The notes beneath the pieces were generated by a model. The model saw only the letters and a list, made by a program, of their open reading frames with translations, made no database searches and was not told the DNA's origin. From the human T2T-CHM13v2.0 reference genome, Homo sapiens: a DNA stretch of 64,000 nt. The translations under genes were made by a program, and so were the position numbers. Location: assembly GCF_009914755.1 (NCBI RefSeq), contig NC_060936.1; one strand, given 5' to 3'. Of the stretch, positions 40,711 through 58,461 are shown one piece after another. Within the stretch, counting starts at the first letter, position 1. Every line of letters starts with the position of its first letter.

Positions 40711-41596
40711 TCACAAAAAAACAAAACAAAACAAAACAAATGCATAAACAGTAACATATATAGACAGAAAAGTAAAGGATATAAGAAAGATGTTTATCTT
40801 AGGGAATTTTCTCTAAATATATCATATATTTGTTGTTGTTATTATTTTTAATAGAGATGGGGGTTTCACTGTGTTGCCCAGGCTGGTCTCTAACTCTTGA
40901 GCTCAAGTTATTATCCTGCCTCAGCCTCCCAAAGTGCTGGGACTACAGGTGTGAGCCACTATGCCCAGCCTTTATTTGGGCTTTTTTTTTTTTTTGAGAT
41001 GGAGTCTCACTCTGTTGCTCCAGCTGGAGTGTAGTCGCGCGAGCTCAGCTCACTGACACCTCCGCCTCCCAGGTTCAAGCGATTCTCCTGCCTCAGCCTC
41101 CTGAGTAGCTGGGATTACAGGTGTGCACCACCACGCCTGGCTAATGTTTGTTTTTTTTTTGTATTTTTAGTAGAGATGGAGTTTCACTATGTTGGTCAGG
41201 CTGATCTCAAACTCCTGACCTTGTGATCCACCGGCCTCAGCCTCCCAAAGTGCTAGGATTATAGGCATGTGAGCCACCACACTGACCTTATTTGGGTTTA
41301 AAAACAAATCACCTGGGTGGGCATCATGTCTCACACCTATGTAACCCCAGCACTTTGGGAGGCCAAGGCAGGCTGATCACCTGAGGTCAGGAGTTCGAGA
41401 CCAGCCTGCCAACATGGTGAAACCCGTCTCTACCGAAAATACAAAAATTAGCCAGGCGTGGTGGTGGGTGCCTGTAGTCCCAGCTACTCAGGAGGCTGAG
41501 GCAGAAGAATCACTTGAACCCAGGAGGTGGAGGTTGCAGTCAGCCAAGATTGTACCACTGCACTCCAGCCTGGGTGACAGAATGAGACCCCGTCTC

Positions 41597-41650
41597 AAAC
41601 AAAACAAAACAAAACAAAACAAAACAAAACAAAACAAAACAAAACAAAAC
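41597..41650 (+). repeat. (AAAAC)~10 microsatellite next to an FGD6 donor site
   Basis: Directly visible. Confidence 0.95.
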
Positions 41651-41669
41651 ATCTAACAGATGCACAGAC

Positions 41670-41753
41670 CTTCATTCCAGCCAGTGAGAGCATGTTGTTC
41701 AGTTTATACATCCCAGACTGCACTGGTGTTGTATACAGCAGGGCATCATTAAA
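41670..41753 (-). CDS. FGD6: FGD6 exon (PH1): FNDALLYTTPVQSGMYKLNNMLSLAGMK
   Basis: 84 nt, ag/gtctgt boundaries; FND motif typical of DH-associated PH domains. Confidence 0.95.
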
Positions 41754-42279
41754 CTGAAAGTAGAAACATTTCAGGGGAGAAAGTAAAGAAACACATTACT
41801 GCCACAAAGATTTTGACAAGATACAAGATTAAAGGATAAATAATACCTCTTTGCTAATAGCTCTCTGAATAAAATACTTATATTCTGCTATATACACTAG
41901 AACTACCCAGAATGTTTTATTAGAATATAATTTAAAAGGCACTTTCTGGAAAACGTGCTTTATTTCCAAGTTCTGTAACAGATTTAATGTTTTTTGAATT
42001 CTAAATCCCACAAAGGTATTAGTCTGCCTAAACAAATGATTAGAACAATTTTCCAAGTTAGAAATGGAATAAATTCCAAAAAGAAATAATCTTCTGGTTA
42101 TACATCATAACAGACGTTATTTCCCATACTTGAAATGCAATTAAGTGGTACGGCCAGTTCAAGAAGCTGGTGAGGCTGATATTTGAAGGTGCTAAGCTTA
42201 TCTACCATGTATAAACGTCTCCTTTCCTTAAGCAACTATCCCTACCTCGGCCACATCAGAACTACACAAGTCCTCTTAC

Positions 42280-42348
42280 CAGGAAAAACATTCGAGGTTG
42301 CATCACTTTCCGAGACAGCTTCATCAGAATTCCTTCTTTGAGAAAAAC
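42280..42348 (-). CDS. FGD6: FGD6 exon (PH1 start): VFLKEGILMKLSRKVMQPRMFFL
   Basis: 69 nt, ag/gtaag boundaries. Confidence 0.95.
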
Positions 42349-43064
42349 CTGATTCACCCAAACAAACACCCATTTAGTCCTACCATCACAACACAACGAC
42401 AATATAATTTCCTTTTCAACTTTCTTCCCTGAGAATTTTTTTCATGACAGACTGGGGAGCCACAGTTTCCTTGAGATTTTTTACAGTCATAGTTAATTTT
42501 AAACCCTTAAATCATTTAGGAATCGGACAAGCAAGCAGGGTTGGATAATTCCAATATTGGCCCCTGGGATACTGTATGGAGGCACATGTAATTGACTGAG
42601 CGTGTACTTGATCCTGAAGCATACCCAACATCCTGACAACCGCATTTTGTAATTTTCCCGAATTAATTCCCTAGGCCACTTTTGTGCTATATGAGGAGGA
42701 TCAAAATACCAATCTCCCCCCTCCCTTCATAATCCTCTCTTACATTAAAGATGTTAAATGAAATTGTCTTCAAAACTGTGTGAGGTCGCTGGCATCACAC
42801 AAGAAAACGATCCCATTAAATCAGATACTCTGTGGGGTCCCTTGCCGCTCCCCTAATTGAATTGGACTTACTTCATAAATGGGCTTATTCCTAATTGAAT
42901 TGTCACAGTGACTTACATCATGAATGTTTTGAACGGATAAAGTGATCAAAATTGAATCAATGAAGAGTAACAAAAACAACCTATTTTTATAAAATGATAA
43001 ACAGATACAGATGGTACCTAAATGCATCGTATTAAGTTTGCGAAAAGCAATGTAAAATGCTTAC

Positions 43065-43136
43065 CCGACCAGGCTGCACAATTTCATGGTGTCCATTTAA
43101 GCTGTACTGAATTTGCATAAGTTTCTGAAAGTTGTC
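43065..43136 (-). CDS. FGD6: FGD6 exon (DH-PH linker): DNFQKLMQIQYSLNGHHEIVQPGR
   Basis: 72 nt, ag/gtaag boundaries. Confidence 0.95.
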
Positions 43137-43219
43137 CTACAGAAAGACAATGGAAAGCATATGAAGGCCTGGGCTTTCAGGTTCAAGACCACACCAGCCA
43201 CTGACAACAAGACACTTAC

Positions 43220-43278
43220 TCCTTGCTTCATGGTGTCATTGGCGTGGTTGGCTACCTCTATAACAACAGCAAGGGCAT
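43220..43278 (-). CDS. FGD6: FGD6 exon (DH end): (D)ALAVVIEVANHANDTMKQG
   Basis: 59 nt, phase 1 to 0, ag/gtaagt boundaries. Confidence 0.95.
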
Positions 43279-43995
43279 CTGAAATAGGCAGGAACAAAAC
43301 GTGCATTTAGTAATTACAATGGAAACAAATAGTTTGCAACATTAAGCAATTCCAGGGGACAAGATAGCTAGTTTATAGCAACCAACCTCTGGAGGAGCTT
43401 ATTGACTGTGAGTAGGCAGAAATATAAGGTTCAATGAAGGCAAAACCAAACCAAACCAACCAACACCACCACCACCAAAAACCTGGCCAAAACAATATAT
43501 AGGGAAACAATGAGCCAAAAGAAGACTCTAAAGAGACACTGTAGACCATGTTTACTAACAGTATGAATGTCAGGGTTGTTTTGTGCTGTGATTTGATTAT
43601 CCTATTCAAGTTTACAAAGATAAGGATGGGATTTCACCTGGAAGATAAGGACCAGCCCAGTATAAACTGTCTTGGGAGAAAAGGATCATGAGGAAAAAGG
43701 ATCTTGTTATAGGAAATAAAAACTACAAGAAATGACTAAGATCAGGTCTCAGTCTCTTAGTCTGATTCCAAGAGGCATGAATTAGAAATGGGGGAAATGC
43801 CACATGGAAGCATCCCAGATCTTAGGAATTTGCAAGTGTCATTTTGTGAGCTGGGTTATTAGCTTCATGGGCCTATCTGTGTTTTATTCTTTTTATTAAC
43901 CCTTTGCCTTTAGCAAAGTGTTTTTCCATACTCCAGCCTTGTCATCTTTATAACTAGGTCTAAAGGAAAAAGTCTGCATTTTCTCAGCTTTGGGG

Positions 43996-44210
43996 CTGCA
44001 GTTATTCTCAACCCAAGGCCATAGTGCTCCCTTAGGGACATGTGAACCTGTGTAAAGACAATTTTTGCTTGTCACAATGACCAGGAAGATCCACTGGCCT
44101 TTGGTGGGTAGGAGGCAGGGATGCCAAACTCCATGCAATACTCCTTAGAAACCCACACAAAGATTATTCAGAACAATATGACAGTAGCATTCCCACTGAG
44201 AAAAACTGGT
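43996..44210 (+). mobile_element. MER20 (hAT) element
   Basis: 'cagttattctcaacc...ttagggacat...agacaatttttgcttgtcacaatg...ggtaggaggcagggatgc'. Confidence 0.65.
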
Positions 44211-44525
44211 AGAGTGTTAGAGAGGGAAGCATCTCCTCCTGAGGCTGCTGTGGCAGTGACAGTGGTCATCAAAAAAAGGACTATTAAAAAAAAAGAGTGG
44301 CTGGGCGCGGTGGCTCACGCCTGTAATCCTAACACTTTGGAAGGCTGAGGTGGGCGGATCATTTGAGCTCAGGAGATCGAGACCAGCCTCAGCAATAAGG
44401 TAAAACCTTGTTTCCACAAAAAATCCAAAAATTAGCTGGGTGTCATGGCTCATGTCTGCAGTCCAGCAATTTGGGGCGCTCAGGTGGGAGGATCATTTGA
44501 GCCCAGGAGGTCAAGGCTGCAGTGA

Positions 44526-44898
<373 letters not shown>

Positions 44899-45718
44899 TA
44901 GCCAGGATGGTCTTGATCTCCTGACCTCGTGATCCGCCCGCCTCAGCCTCCCAAAGTGCTGGGATTACAGGTGTGAGCCACCACACCTGGCCTGTATTCT
45001 TTCCACATGTATCATCATCACTATTATTAAAGGAAAGCAGGTTTTTCCTTATATAGAGACCCTGACTATATATCAGAATTTTTTTTTTTTTTGAGACAGT
45101 CTTGCTCTGTCTCCCAGGCTGAAGTGCAGTGGCATGATCTTGGCTTACTCAACCTCCGCCTCCCAGATTCAAGCAATTCTCCTGCCTCAGTCTCCTGCGT
45201 AGCTGACATTACAGGTGCACACCAGTATGCCCAGCTAATTTTTGTATTTTTAGTAGAGATGGGGTTTCGCCATGTTGGCAGGGCTGGTCTCAAACTCCTG
45301 ACCTCAGGTGATCCACCCGCCGCGGCCTCCCAAAGTGCTGGGATTACAGGTGTGAGCCACGGTACTCAGCCATGTATCAGAATTTACGGTGCCTGGTACC
45401 CTTTTCACAGCAGGTTCAAGAGGTTACCGTGGACACATTTCCTGCTTTCTGGCCTGCTGGAATTCCCGGTGGACAGGGGAGAGATGCCTTAAGATTTAAT
45501 GGATGACAAAGCTGCTGCTGCTACTTGGTCACCTGGTCTCCCAAGCTCTACCTTCCCTACTCCATTCTGTGATTCTACTTTCCCCACGTCATCCCGTTAA
45601 GAGGCCCTGATGCCTCTATTCCTTTAACTCTTCTGCCTACCTTTCAAAGTTATTCTTGCCTCACCTTCCCTCACCCTTGAAGTCTCATCCACACTGCTCA
45701 CCACTCTTTTTTTCCTGA

Positions 45719-46009
<291 letters not shown>

Positions 46010-46624
46010 TGATTGCTGTGCCTCTGGCCATACAGTGGGCCTCACTGTTCACTGGTTTTCTCATCTATGTCTTTGCTGTCACATGTAATTTCCTTTAAAT
46101 AAGCTCCTTAATCTCTGACCCTGAATTTGTTTTATGTGTAAAATGGAGCTAATAACTCACTTTCATTGAAGGCAGAAGCCCAGGACCCAGGACAGATGTT
46201 TTCTTTCTATTCTATAAGTTCCATGTATAATTTGTATCCTCACGAGAGGGGCTGCCGTCGGGAATGCTCATTTTTCCTCTCACCCACTCTCCCACTCATC
46301 TCCAGTCCTACTTTTTCCTGCAAAGCTTCCCTGCCTCTTTAACCTTCACACTTTTCTCTGTCATCCAAATAATTCTGTCCTGCTCGGTGCACCCTTACTT
46401 TGAAGTCATTTGCTTTGTTCTTTATTTGATGGATATTATAAACTTCTTCATCAACTAGATATGGTCACTGAAGACAGGAAACTTGTCAGATCCCCAACCA
46501 CAAGCTTTTCCTTTAAAAAAAACCGCCTTTAAAAGCATAATGTACACAAACAGAAGATGTTAAGAGAAGTAAAATGATTAAAAGAATATATAAGAATCTC
46601 TACAAAAAGGGTTAAAAATGTTCA

Positions 46625-47493
<869 letters not shown>

Positions 47494-47728
47494 CTAGCTA
47501 TGAGTCCCTCATGTTGTAATGGATTGTTTCCCTTAAGTACTACTAGGGCTGAGGGAAGGCTGATATCCTATTGTTAGACAGTGCCAGAATAATATGCTTT
47601 TTTAGACTCATCCCTGCTTTGTAGTTTAGTCACTTCATGGACTCATGATTTTGAAGCTTGAGGACCTTGCAGATCTGGTTCAATCCCTGTTTTTGAAAGA
47701 CAAAGAAATGGACCTCTAGGGAAACTGA

Positions 47729-48307
<579 letters not shown>

Positions 48308-48364
48308 TAGCCCTACCTAAATAAACATAATATAAAAACTTCTGCAACCACAGAAGTTATTTAC

Positions 48365-48415
48365 CTTGAGTGTCTCTGTAATCTCCAGCATCTTCTATGA
48401 GATTCTTCAAATAAT
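48365..48415 (-). CDS. FGD6: FGD6 exon (DH): (D)YLKNLIEDAGDYRDTQ; upstream exons lie beyond the window
   Basis: 51 nt, phase 1 to 1, long pyrimidine tract plus ag / gtaa. Confidence 0.93.
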
Positions 48416-48904
48416 CTAGAAAAGAAGAAAAAAAAGTATTTAAGTACAATAAACCAGTGAGCCCCAAACACATATCTTTCTTTTTCAATACTTCATTAGT
48501 CTTGCTGGTTAATATACATGCTAGTCCAACTTGTGCTAACTTTCTAAAAATGTGAAAAAATAAAGCCCTGAGATCAATTTGAAATCAAGACATAGAGTCA
48601 GAGCTAGAAAAAGCCTTGGAGGAAACATTGGTTATTTTAGAGATGAGGAATCAGATTACTGAGCAAAGGATCTCACCCAACTCACACAACCTCTAGTTGG
48701 CAGAGCCAGCATGAGAATTCAGGTCTCCTAATGCCCAATTCAGCTTTTATCCCAACACATAGGAAGTACTTTAATCTTGAGATCAGACATACGTCTAGTA
48801 TAAAATTCTAAGGCATTAATCCAATCCCTAAAAGTCTCCTGGATTTGTTAATCTAAGAGTCTAACAATGCTCAGGACACCAAGGGAACTCAATATATGTA
48901 TTTA

Positions 48905-49155
48905 AGCAGGTGGTTTTCAAATGGGGACAAATTTGCCCCCTAGGGTACATCTGGCAATGTCTGGAGACAGTTGTGGTTGTCATAACTGGGGAAAAGCGGG
49001 GGCTACTGGTGGCTAGTGGTTAGAAGTCAGAGATGCAGACTGGACTTGGTGGCTGATGCCTGTAATCCTAGCACTTTGGGAGGCCAAAGGGGGTGGATCA
49101 CTTGAAGTCAGGAGTTCAAGACCAGCATGGCCAACATGGGGAAACCCCATCTCTA

Positions 49156-49214
<59 letters not shown>

Positions 49215-49311
49215 TCAGACGTGCTGCTAAATATCTTATAATGCAGCCCTGCAACAAAAAAAAAAATTATCTGACCCCAAATATCAATAGGTCTGAAGTT
49301 GAGAAACCTTG
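48905..49311 (+). mobile_element. MER20 interrupted by an Alu left arm ending in (CA)n
   Basis: MER20 termini; Alu ~49038-49156; imperfect TSD gtcagagatgc/gtcagacgtgc. Confidence 0.8.
49158..49211 (+). repeat. Long perfect (CA)n microsatellite (~27 units)
   Basis: Directly visible. Confidence 0.97.
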
Positions 49312-52014
49312 GTTTGGATAAAGATAGTCTGTAAATAAGTAATATGGTATATAGTAGTTCTTGTAATACAGAAAAAGAGGTAATAGAAGAACCTATATTT
49401 AATAAATCTTTAACACCAAGGAAAGTCATGGAATTTCAAGGCAATACTTCCTTCTCTGTTGAGAAATGCTGGATGGCCTCCCATTACCTGTTAAATTAAT
49501 ACAAATTCCTTTCTGGAATTTAAAGCCCCCTGCTACATGGTCCCTATCAATTTTTCTCTCTCTCTTGCTACTGCCTAAAATGGGCCCTTTGTTCTGACTA
49601 AATTTGATCTGTGCAACCCCTTAAACACTCCCCATGTGTCCCCCTGGCTTCACACCTTTTGTCTCTAATAGTCCCTTTTTCTCCATCCCTTCCTCTGTCT
49701 CGCTTATACAAATTCTACTCACACTCTTCAAGGCTCTTCTTAAATGCCCCTTCTCTTACAAAATTTCCATTTGAAAGAAACGTTTTCTGCCTTTGAATAA
49801 CACATGACACAGCAGTCTCACTTTATGCTTCTATCATTTTCTTTTTCATTAGACTCAAAGCTCCTTGTGAGCAAGTCATCTGACACATCTTTCTCTCACA
49901 TAGCACTTAGTCAGGGGCTTTGCACAAAGGGACAATAAATGCTTACTGAATAAAAACAGTTCACTTACTCATTCAAGACAGAGTCTCACCCTGTCGTCCA
50001 GGCTGGAGCACAGTGCTGCAATCATTGCTCACTACAGCCTCAAATTCCTGGACTCAACCAATCATCCTGCCTCTGCCTCCCAAATAGCTATGACTACTGG
50101 TGTGTGCCTCCATGTCTGCTTTTTTTTTTTTTTTTTTTGCAGAGGCAGGGTCTCGCTTTATTGCCCAGGCTGGTCTTTAACTCCTGGCCTCAAGCAATCC
50201 TCCTGCCTTAGCCTACCAAAGTGCTGGAATTACAGGCAGTGAGCCACTGCACCTGGCCAAGAATATATTATTTTTTAGATAGGATTGTATTTTAGTTGAG
50301 GTAAAAGGCAATAAATGCTGAAACCAATTCTAATGCCAGTGGGAACTGAGGAAATGAAAGGAGGAAAGGTGTGTTCAGTGACTGAATATATCTTTATCAG
50401 ACCCAACTGCTAGTTAGTACTATTATGGAATAGATACAACTTCATCTCATGGATTTATGACATCATGCTCAGAGGAACAAAGGAAAACAGGGGTATTGGT
50501 GCCAGATCTTCAAACATAACAGATGACACAAACACGCGCCCAATTGCTGAAACTTCGTAAGTCTTTGAGACAGTGATCTAAGAGCCTGTGTGAGTCTAGA
50601 CGTGCACCTTATAAATATCCAGCACTGGCAATAAGCCATGGTGAGATGTTATGTATAAACATATTAAGCTTCCCTGCGCCATGGCATAGGTTCTATCTTG
50701 CCAGAGACCATTGCTAGCAATTTAGATCTTAATCTGAATGAAGAGAGCATCCCCCGCAAAATATAAAGGAAAAATGAAGTGGGCACAACAAAAAATAAAA
50801 AATTCCCAAATTAACAAAATACATAAGTTATATGTTACACTTAGCCCCATCTGGAGATGAAAATAAATATTCTCACTCTGACCCCACTCAGAATGCATTC
50901 AATATATTACATAATCCGTGTCTGGTGAGTGCAAACATTTAACATTTCTATGGCTGACAGTTGACAGGGTTGGGGAGACAAACTTACCCTACCCTCCCTA
51001 TTAGATGTTCTCAAACCCTAAGCTACCTCATTAATCAAGTGATTTTCCTTAAGCTGTTAGATAGTTACTATATCTTGTTGTGGAAAGGAATGCAGATTTA
51101 CCTAAATATTGGACTCATGGCGACTTCCTAGTTTGTCTTAAATTTCTGTTTTTTAATACAGAAGTATATCCATGAAAACAGAGACATTTCTCTAAACCAA
51201 AAGGGCTCCCCAGAAGATGTCCATATTAGGAAATCCTGACCTCAGAATCACTGTGCTGAGCCTCATAAACTTCTAAGTTGCATTTTCTTTGCTTGTACTC
51301 AAACGTGAACTTTTATGAACACAGTTGAAATACACTGAGCAGAAAACCCACCGTTAACACGTTGCAACATCATGCTATTAATCAAGGAAGTAACGGAGTT
51401 AGGTTTACCCTCCTTGCCAATTTTTAAAAATATCTTTATGGTCTACAAAATCCAACTCTCCAACTTATCCATCCATCCATCCATCCATCAACCCATCCAT
51501 CCATCCATTCATGTTTTTAGGGCATCTTCTTGCAGTATATCTTTTTGAGAACTTTTACCTTGGCAAAGAGAGCAGGGCCTGGATCTCCTTAAACAGTTAA
51601 GAATCACCTGGGGCCTTAACTGCAGCATAAGAATGTGACTGATCACCCTGAGTCAGATGGGAGGAACAGGAAACCAGTAGCTGCCCCAGTAACTGTTATA
51701 ACCCAGGTGAAACCCAGGAAAGGAGACCAGACAGACACGCCTATATTGGTCATAGGGAACCACCTATTACCTATCACTTAGGACCTGGTATTCGGCAGAA
51801 GCTTTCCTAATAACAACGAGGAGAGCAGTCATTTCAGTTTGCCATGTTAGACTGGTAGTATTCTATGACCTTTCTGCTCCTGCCAAAACAAATTGAGCAT
51901 TATTCAAAACTTCACTAATAAAACTGCCTCAAATGCCACTGAGGTTATTTTTATCAAAGGAAAAAAAAAGCAGATGTTGGTTCAGCATGTAGGTACACTA
52001 CAAAATGTACTCTC

Positions 52015-52033
52015 TGGCCACCAGGTGGCATCA
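52015..52033 (+). promoter_or_regulatory. Candidate CTCF site TGGCCACCAGGTGGCATCA
   Basis: Near-consensus match to the CTCF core (TGGCCACCAGGKGGCRC) in non-repeat intronic DNA. Confidence 0.7.
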
Positions 52034-52322
52034 CTGATTAATAAAAGTTAATTAACTCCATCACCATCACCCAACATGAGTAGCAAAAAATTAACTGGAA
52101 CACAACATACTATGTGCAACTTCTAGGGATATGCAAGCTGCCTTTTTTTTTTCTTTCTTTTTTTGGAGGGTCTCGCTCTGTTGCCTAGGCTGGAGTGTGC
52201 AGTGGTGTGACCAATGCTCATTGTAGCTTCAATCTCCCAGGCTCAAGTGGCTGTCCCACACCTCAGCCTCCCAAGTAGCTAGGACAACAGACCTGTACTA
52301 CCACGTTGGGCTAAGTTTTTGA

Positions 52323-52451
<129 letters not shown>

Positions 52452-52545
52452 TAATTTTGTTCTCATATAAAATGCCCAAGGCCACCGGGCGCAGTGGCTC
52501 ATGCCTGTAATTCCAGCACTTTGGGAGGCCGAGGTGGGCGGATCA

Positions 52546-52923
<378 letters not shown>

Positions 52924-54432
52924 TCACCAGGCATGGTAGTGGGCACCTGCAATCCCAGCTACTCAGGAGACTGAGGCAGGAGAATTGCTAACTCAGGAGG
53001 TGGAGTTTGCAGTGAACCGAGATTGTACCTCTACACTCTAGTCTGGATGACAGAGCGAGACTCTGTCTCAAAAAAAAAAAAAAGAGAGAGAGAGAGAGAA
53101 AGGATGAGGACCCAATATATACTATATCTTGTTGGAAATCTAAGTTTTCTGTATAAGGGTTCCCAGGGAGCCTTACCACCACTCATTGATTACCTAATCA
53201 ATACATAACCAACTTAGAGCAGAAACTAGTCGGAAGTCCTGTTAACTATTAATAAAAATTAGTCATCTGTGGGAATCTGGGACTTTTTGCATTCAACACC
53301 CAGTCAGATTCCTGGACCGTGCACTGAGAAATGTTTGGCAGCAAAGCACAGAGGAAATGAGTGTATAGGAGGGATAACATTCCAAAGTCAAGTGTTTTGA
53401 ATTTGAGGACATGTCTTGCTTTGTATTTTTCAGATTTCTTCTTTCCTCCATAAATATGTAGTGGGATCAGCAACACATACAGAATTATGGGATCCAGAGA
53501 AAAGTAAGTCTAGTCAATATGACTTTGTAAAGTTTTATGAAGTTTCAGATTTTGCAAGAAACAACCTAAAATTAGCCTGACTTGTGAAACAAAGTACTGA
53601 TCATTTTAAATACCAAAAACAAGCATCAAGTGTCAACTTACAAAACATACTGACACTTCAAGGCAGCTTGGCGAAGTGGTCAAGAGCCCTTGCTCTGGAA
53701 TTAGAAGACAGAAATTCCTGGGCCAGGTGCGATGGCTCATGCCTGTAATCCCAGCACTATGGGAGGCCGAGGTGGGAGGATACAGCCTGGGCACATAGTG
53801 AGACCCATCTCTAAGTCTTTAGATGATGATGATGATAATAATAATAAAGATAGAAATGCTTACTCTGCCTGGTCCAGCCACATCTAGTTGAGGCATGGGA
53901 CTTTGGCCATGCCCCATAGCATTTTTGTGTGTTAATATCCTCATGCATAAAATAACTAGGCTGAACCAGAATGAAAACTGTAACGATTCTCATTCCAAAA
54001 TATCATGAAACATATTTTGTTGAATAAAATAAAAAATGAAAAATTTGAAAAATTAAATAATGAGGAAAACTTAAACTATGAACATCTCTGAGAAAAACAA
54101 TTACTAAACTATTTCCTTGTTTTTATAAATGCTTGATTTGAATTAAAAACCATCCTAGGGGTATATCATACAGTACTTAGGTGTTCTATTAGCTCTTTAG
54201 TGCATTTAATTTGTTTTGGCTATTTACATAAGTAGGATGGCAATACAACCTTATCTCCCCATATAGTCCTGCCTTATACCTGCTGTCCAGGCATAATTAT
54301 AAATACTGTCCTCTTTTACTTTTGTAAGTTAATGGGTTTGGATTTATAAGTAACACTGATTAGCACTGTCGGCTGGTGTGGTGGCTTACACTTGTAATCT
54401 CAGAACTTTGGGAGGCCGAAGTGGGCAGATCA

Positions 54433-54907
<475 letters not shown>

Positions 54908-55082
54908 TCACTGCACTCCAGCCTGGGTGACAGAGTGAGTCCGTCTCAAAAATAAATAAATAAAAATAAATAAATAAATAAATAAATAAAGCATGCCTTC
55001 TTCCATATTTCAGATTCTTTTCTTGGGATCAGGGAGAATAATTTATTTATTTATTTATTTATTTTTTATTTTTTTTGCTTCA

Positions 55083-55439
<357 letters not shown>

Positions 55440-55941
55440 TTATTTTTGGGTGCTTGATACATATCACAAAAAACCTTTCCTAAAGGGATGTGAAACTTTT
55501 AATACAAATATATGAGAATAACAGTTTCAGTAAATGCCAATTTTGTGTGCTGCAGTTTTTTATTGCTAATAGAATTGGTAACTGTTTTATTTGATAGTTA
55601 TCATTCGAAGGACACAATACACCACTATATATTTATTATGTGCTCTTTTTTTCTAAGTTATTATATTTGTTCATATTTTTAGTCTAGATGTCTATTTTTA
55701 GTATTTGTGCTGAAATGAAAATTTCCTAGAGGTATATTTTCTGATGTGCTGTTTGCCTTTTTACTTTGACTGTATTTTAAACTTTTATAATATTTTAATG
55801 TTATTATAATGGTGCAAATGTGCCTCAAAAAATAAAATAAATAAAATGAAATGAAAAGTGTCAATATTTTCATTTACAGGCTGGCCGCTGTGGCTCACCC
55901 CTGTAATCCCAGCACTTTGGGAGGCCGAAGCGGGCAGATCA

Positions 55942-56169
<228 letters not shown>

Positions 56170-56185
56170 TCAAAAAAAAAAAAAG

Positions 56186-56220
<35 letters not shown>

Positions 56221-56364
56221 CCTTTATAATTAATTTTTCTGGGCCTACAAAACTATCTTTCATCCTGTCCTCATTTTAGAGTTTCAATAAATAGCCAGTT
56301 TTATAATTCTTCATATTTAGCTCTGATTTTATTTGTAGTATATGTATTAATGTAGGAACCTTAA

Positions 56365-56711
<347 letters not shown>

Positions 56712-57143
56712 TAAGGAATAATTCCTTTTATAAAAAAATTAATAGATCTATTCTTGCAATGCTATTGTGTAACTTTAATTGTTGATGCCTTAGAATATGT
56801 ATGCACTGGCATTTGCCTCCCAGAATATTATTTAACAATGTACATATCCTATTTATTTCTATACACAAAATCATTTTGACACGTAACAATAAAACTCCAA
56901 AATTCTAAGTTAAGTTTAATGAGAATATGTAATGTCATGAATATATTAGAAGCTAAGTAAATGGTACTATAATATAAGGTATCATTTTATGCACAAATGC
57001 TAAAACTGTGGCCTTCCTGAGGACAGAAAGCCTGATTTTAATTATTGTTCTGGCCCCTGCACCTAGAAGAAGATCTGCTATGCCAGGCACAGTGGCTTGC
57101 ACCTGTCATCCCAGCACTTTGGGAGGCTGAGGCAGTTGGATCA

Positions 57144-57404
<261 letters not shown>

Positions 57405-58254
57405 CTAATTCTTCTGCTTCTCAAATACTCATTCAATTCTAGTCCTTGAATCTGTATGTGGCCTAGAACCACCTCTTATAGATGTGGTGCTTGCCTAAGT
57501 TAGAAAGTGTCATCTCGGGAGGGGCACAGTGGCTCATGCCTGTAATCCCAGCACTTTGGGAGGCCAAGGTGGGCAGATCACATGAGGTCAGGAATTCGAG
57601 ACCAGCCTGGCCAACATGGTGAAACCTCGTCCCTAATAAAAATACAAAAATTAGCTGGGCATGGTGGTGCATGCCTCCAGTCCCAGCTTCTTGGGAGGCT
57701 AAGGTAGGAGAATCACTTGAACCTGGGAAGTGGAGGTTGCACAGCCTGAGCGACAGAGTGAGACTCTGTCAAAAAAAAAAAAAAGTGATCTTTCTGGGCT
57801 CTCAGGTTGCCTTTCTGTGAATTAGAAAAGGTCCCTTTCCTGGGCCAATGCACCCCCTCCTCACCAGGGCACAAAATATGGCAAGGAAAGGATCACCTGA
57901 GGACAGGAGTTTGAGACAAGCCTGGCCAACATGGTGAAACCCTGTCTCTATTAAAAATACAAAAATTAGCTGGGTATGATGGCTCATGTCTGTAATTCCA
58001 GCTACTCGGGAGGCTCAGGTTGGAGAACTGCTTGCAGGCATCCTTGTCCAAGAATTATGTAAGGAAGCCCTGATCTATCCTAGACTTTGACACAACCCTG
58101 GTCCTGAGGCGGCATCCCCACAGAACTCACAAACCAAACCCAACTCCAGGCTCATCCTAAGGCAAAATTTTGACACAGATCTCATGATAGATGGTATCTC
58201 CCCAGGTCCCTTTTTAGTGGGAAAGTCTAGCTAGGCATATCCAGAATGTTCTAA

Positions 58255-58461
<207 letters not shown>

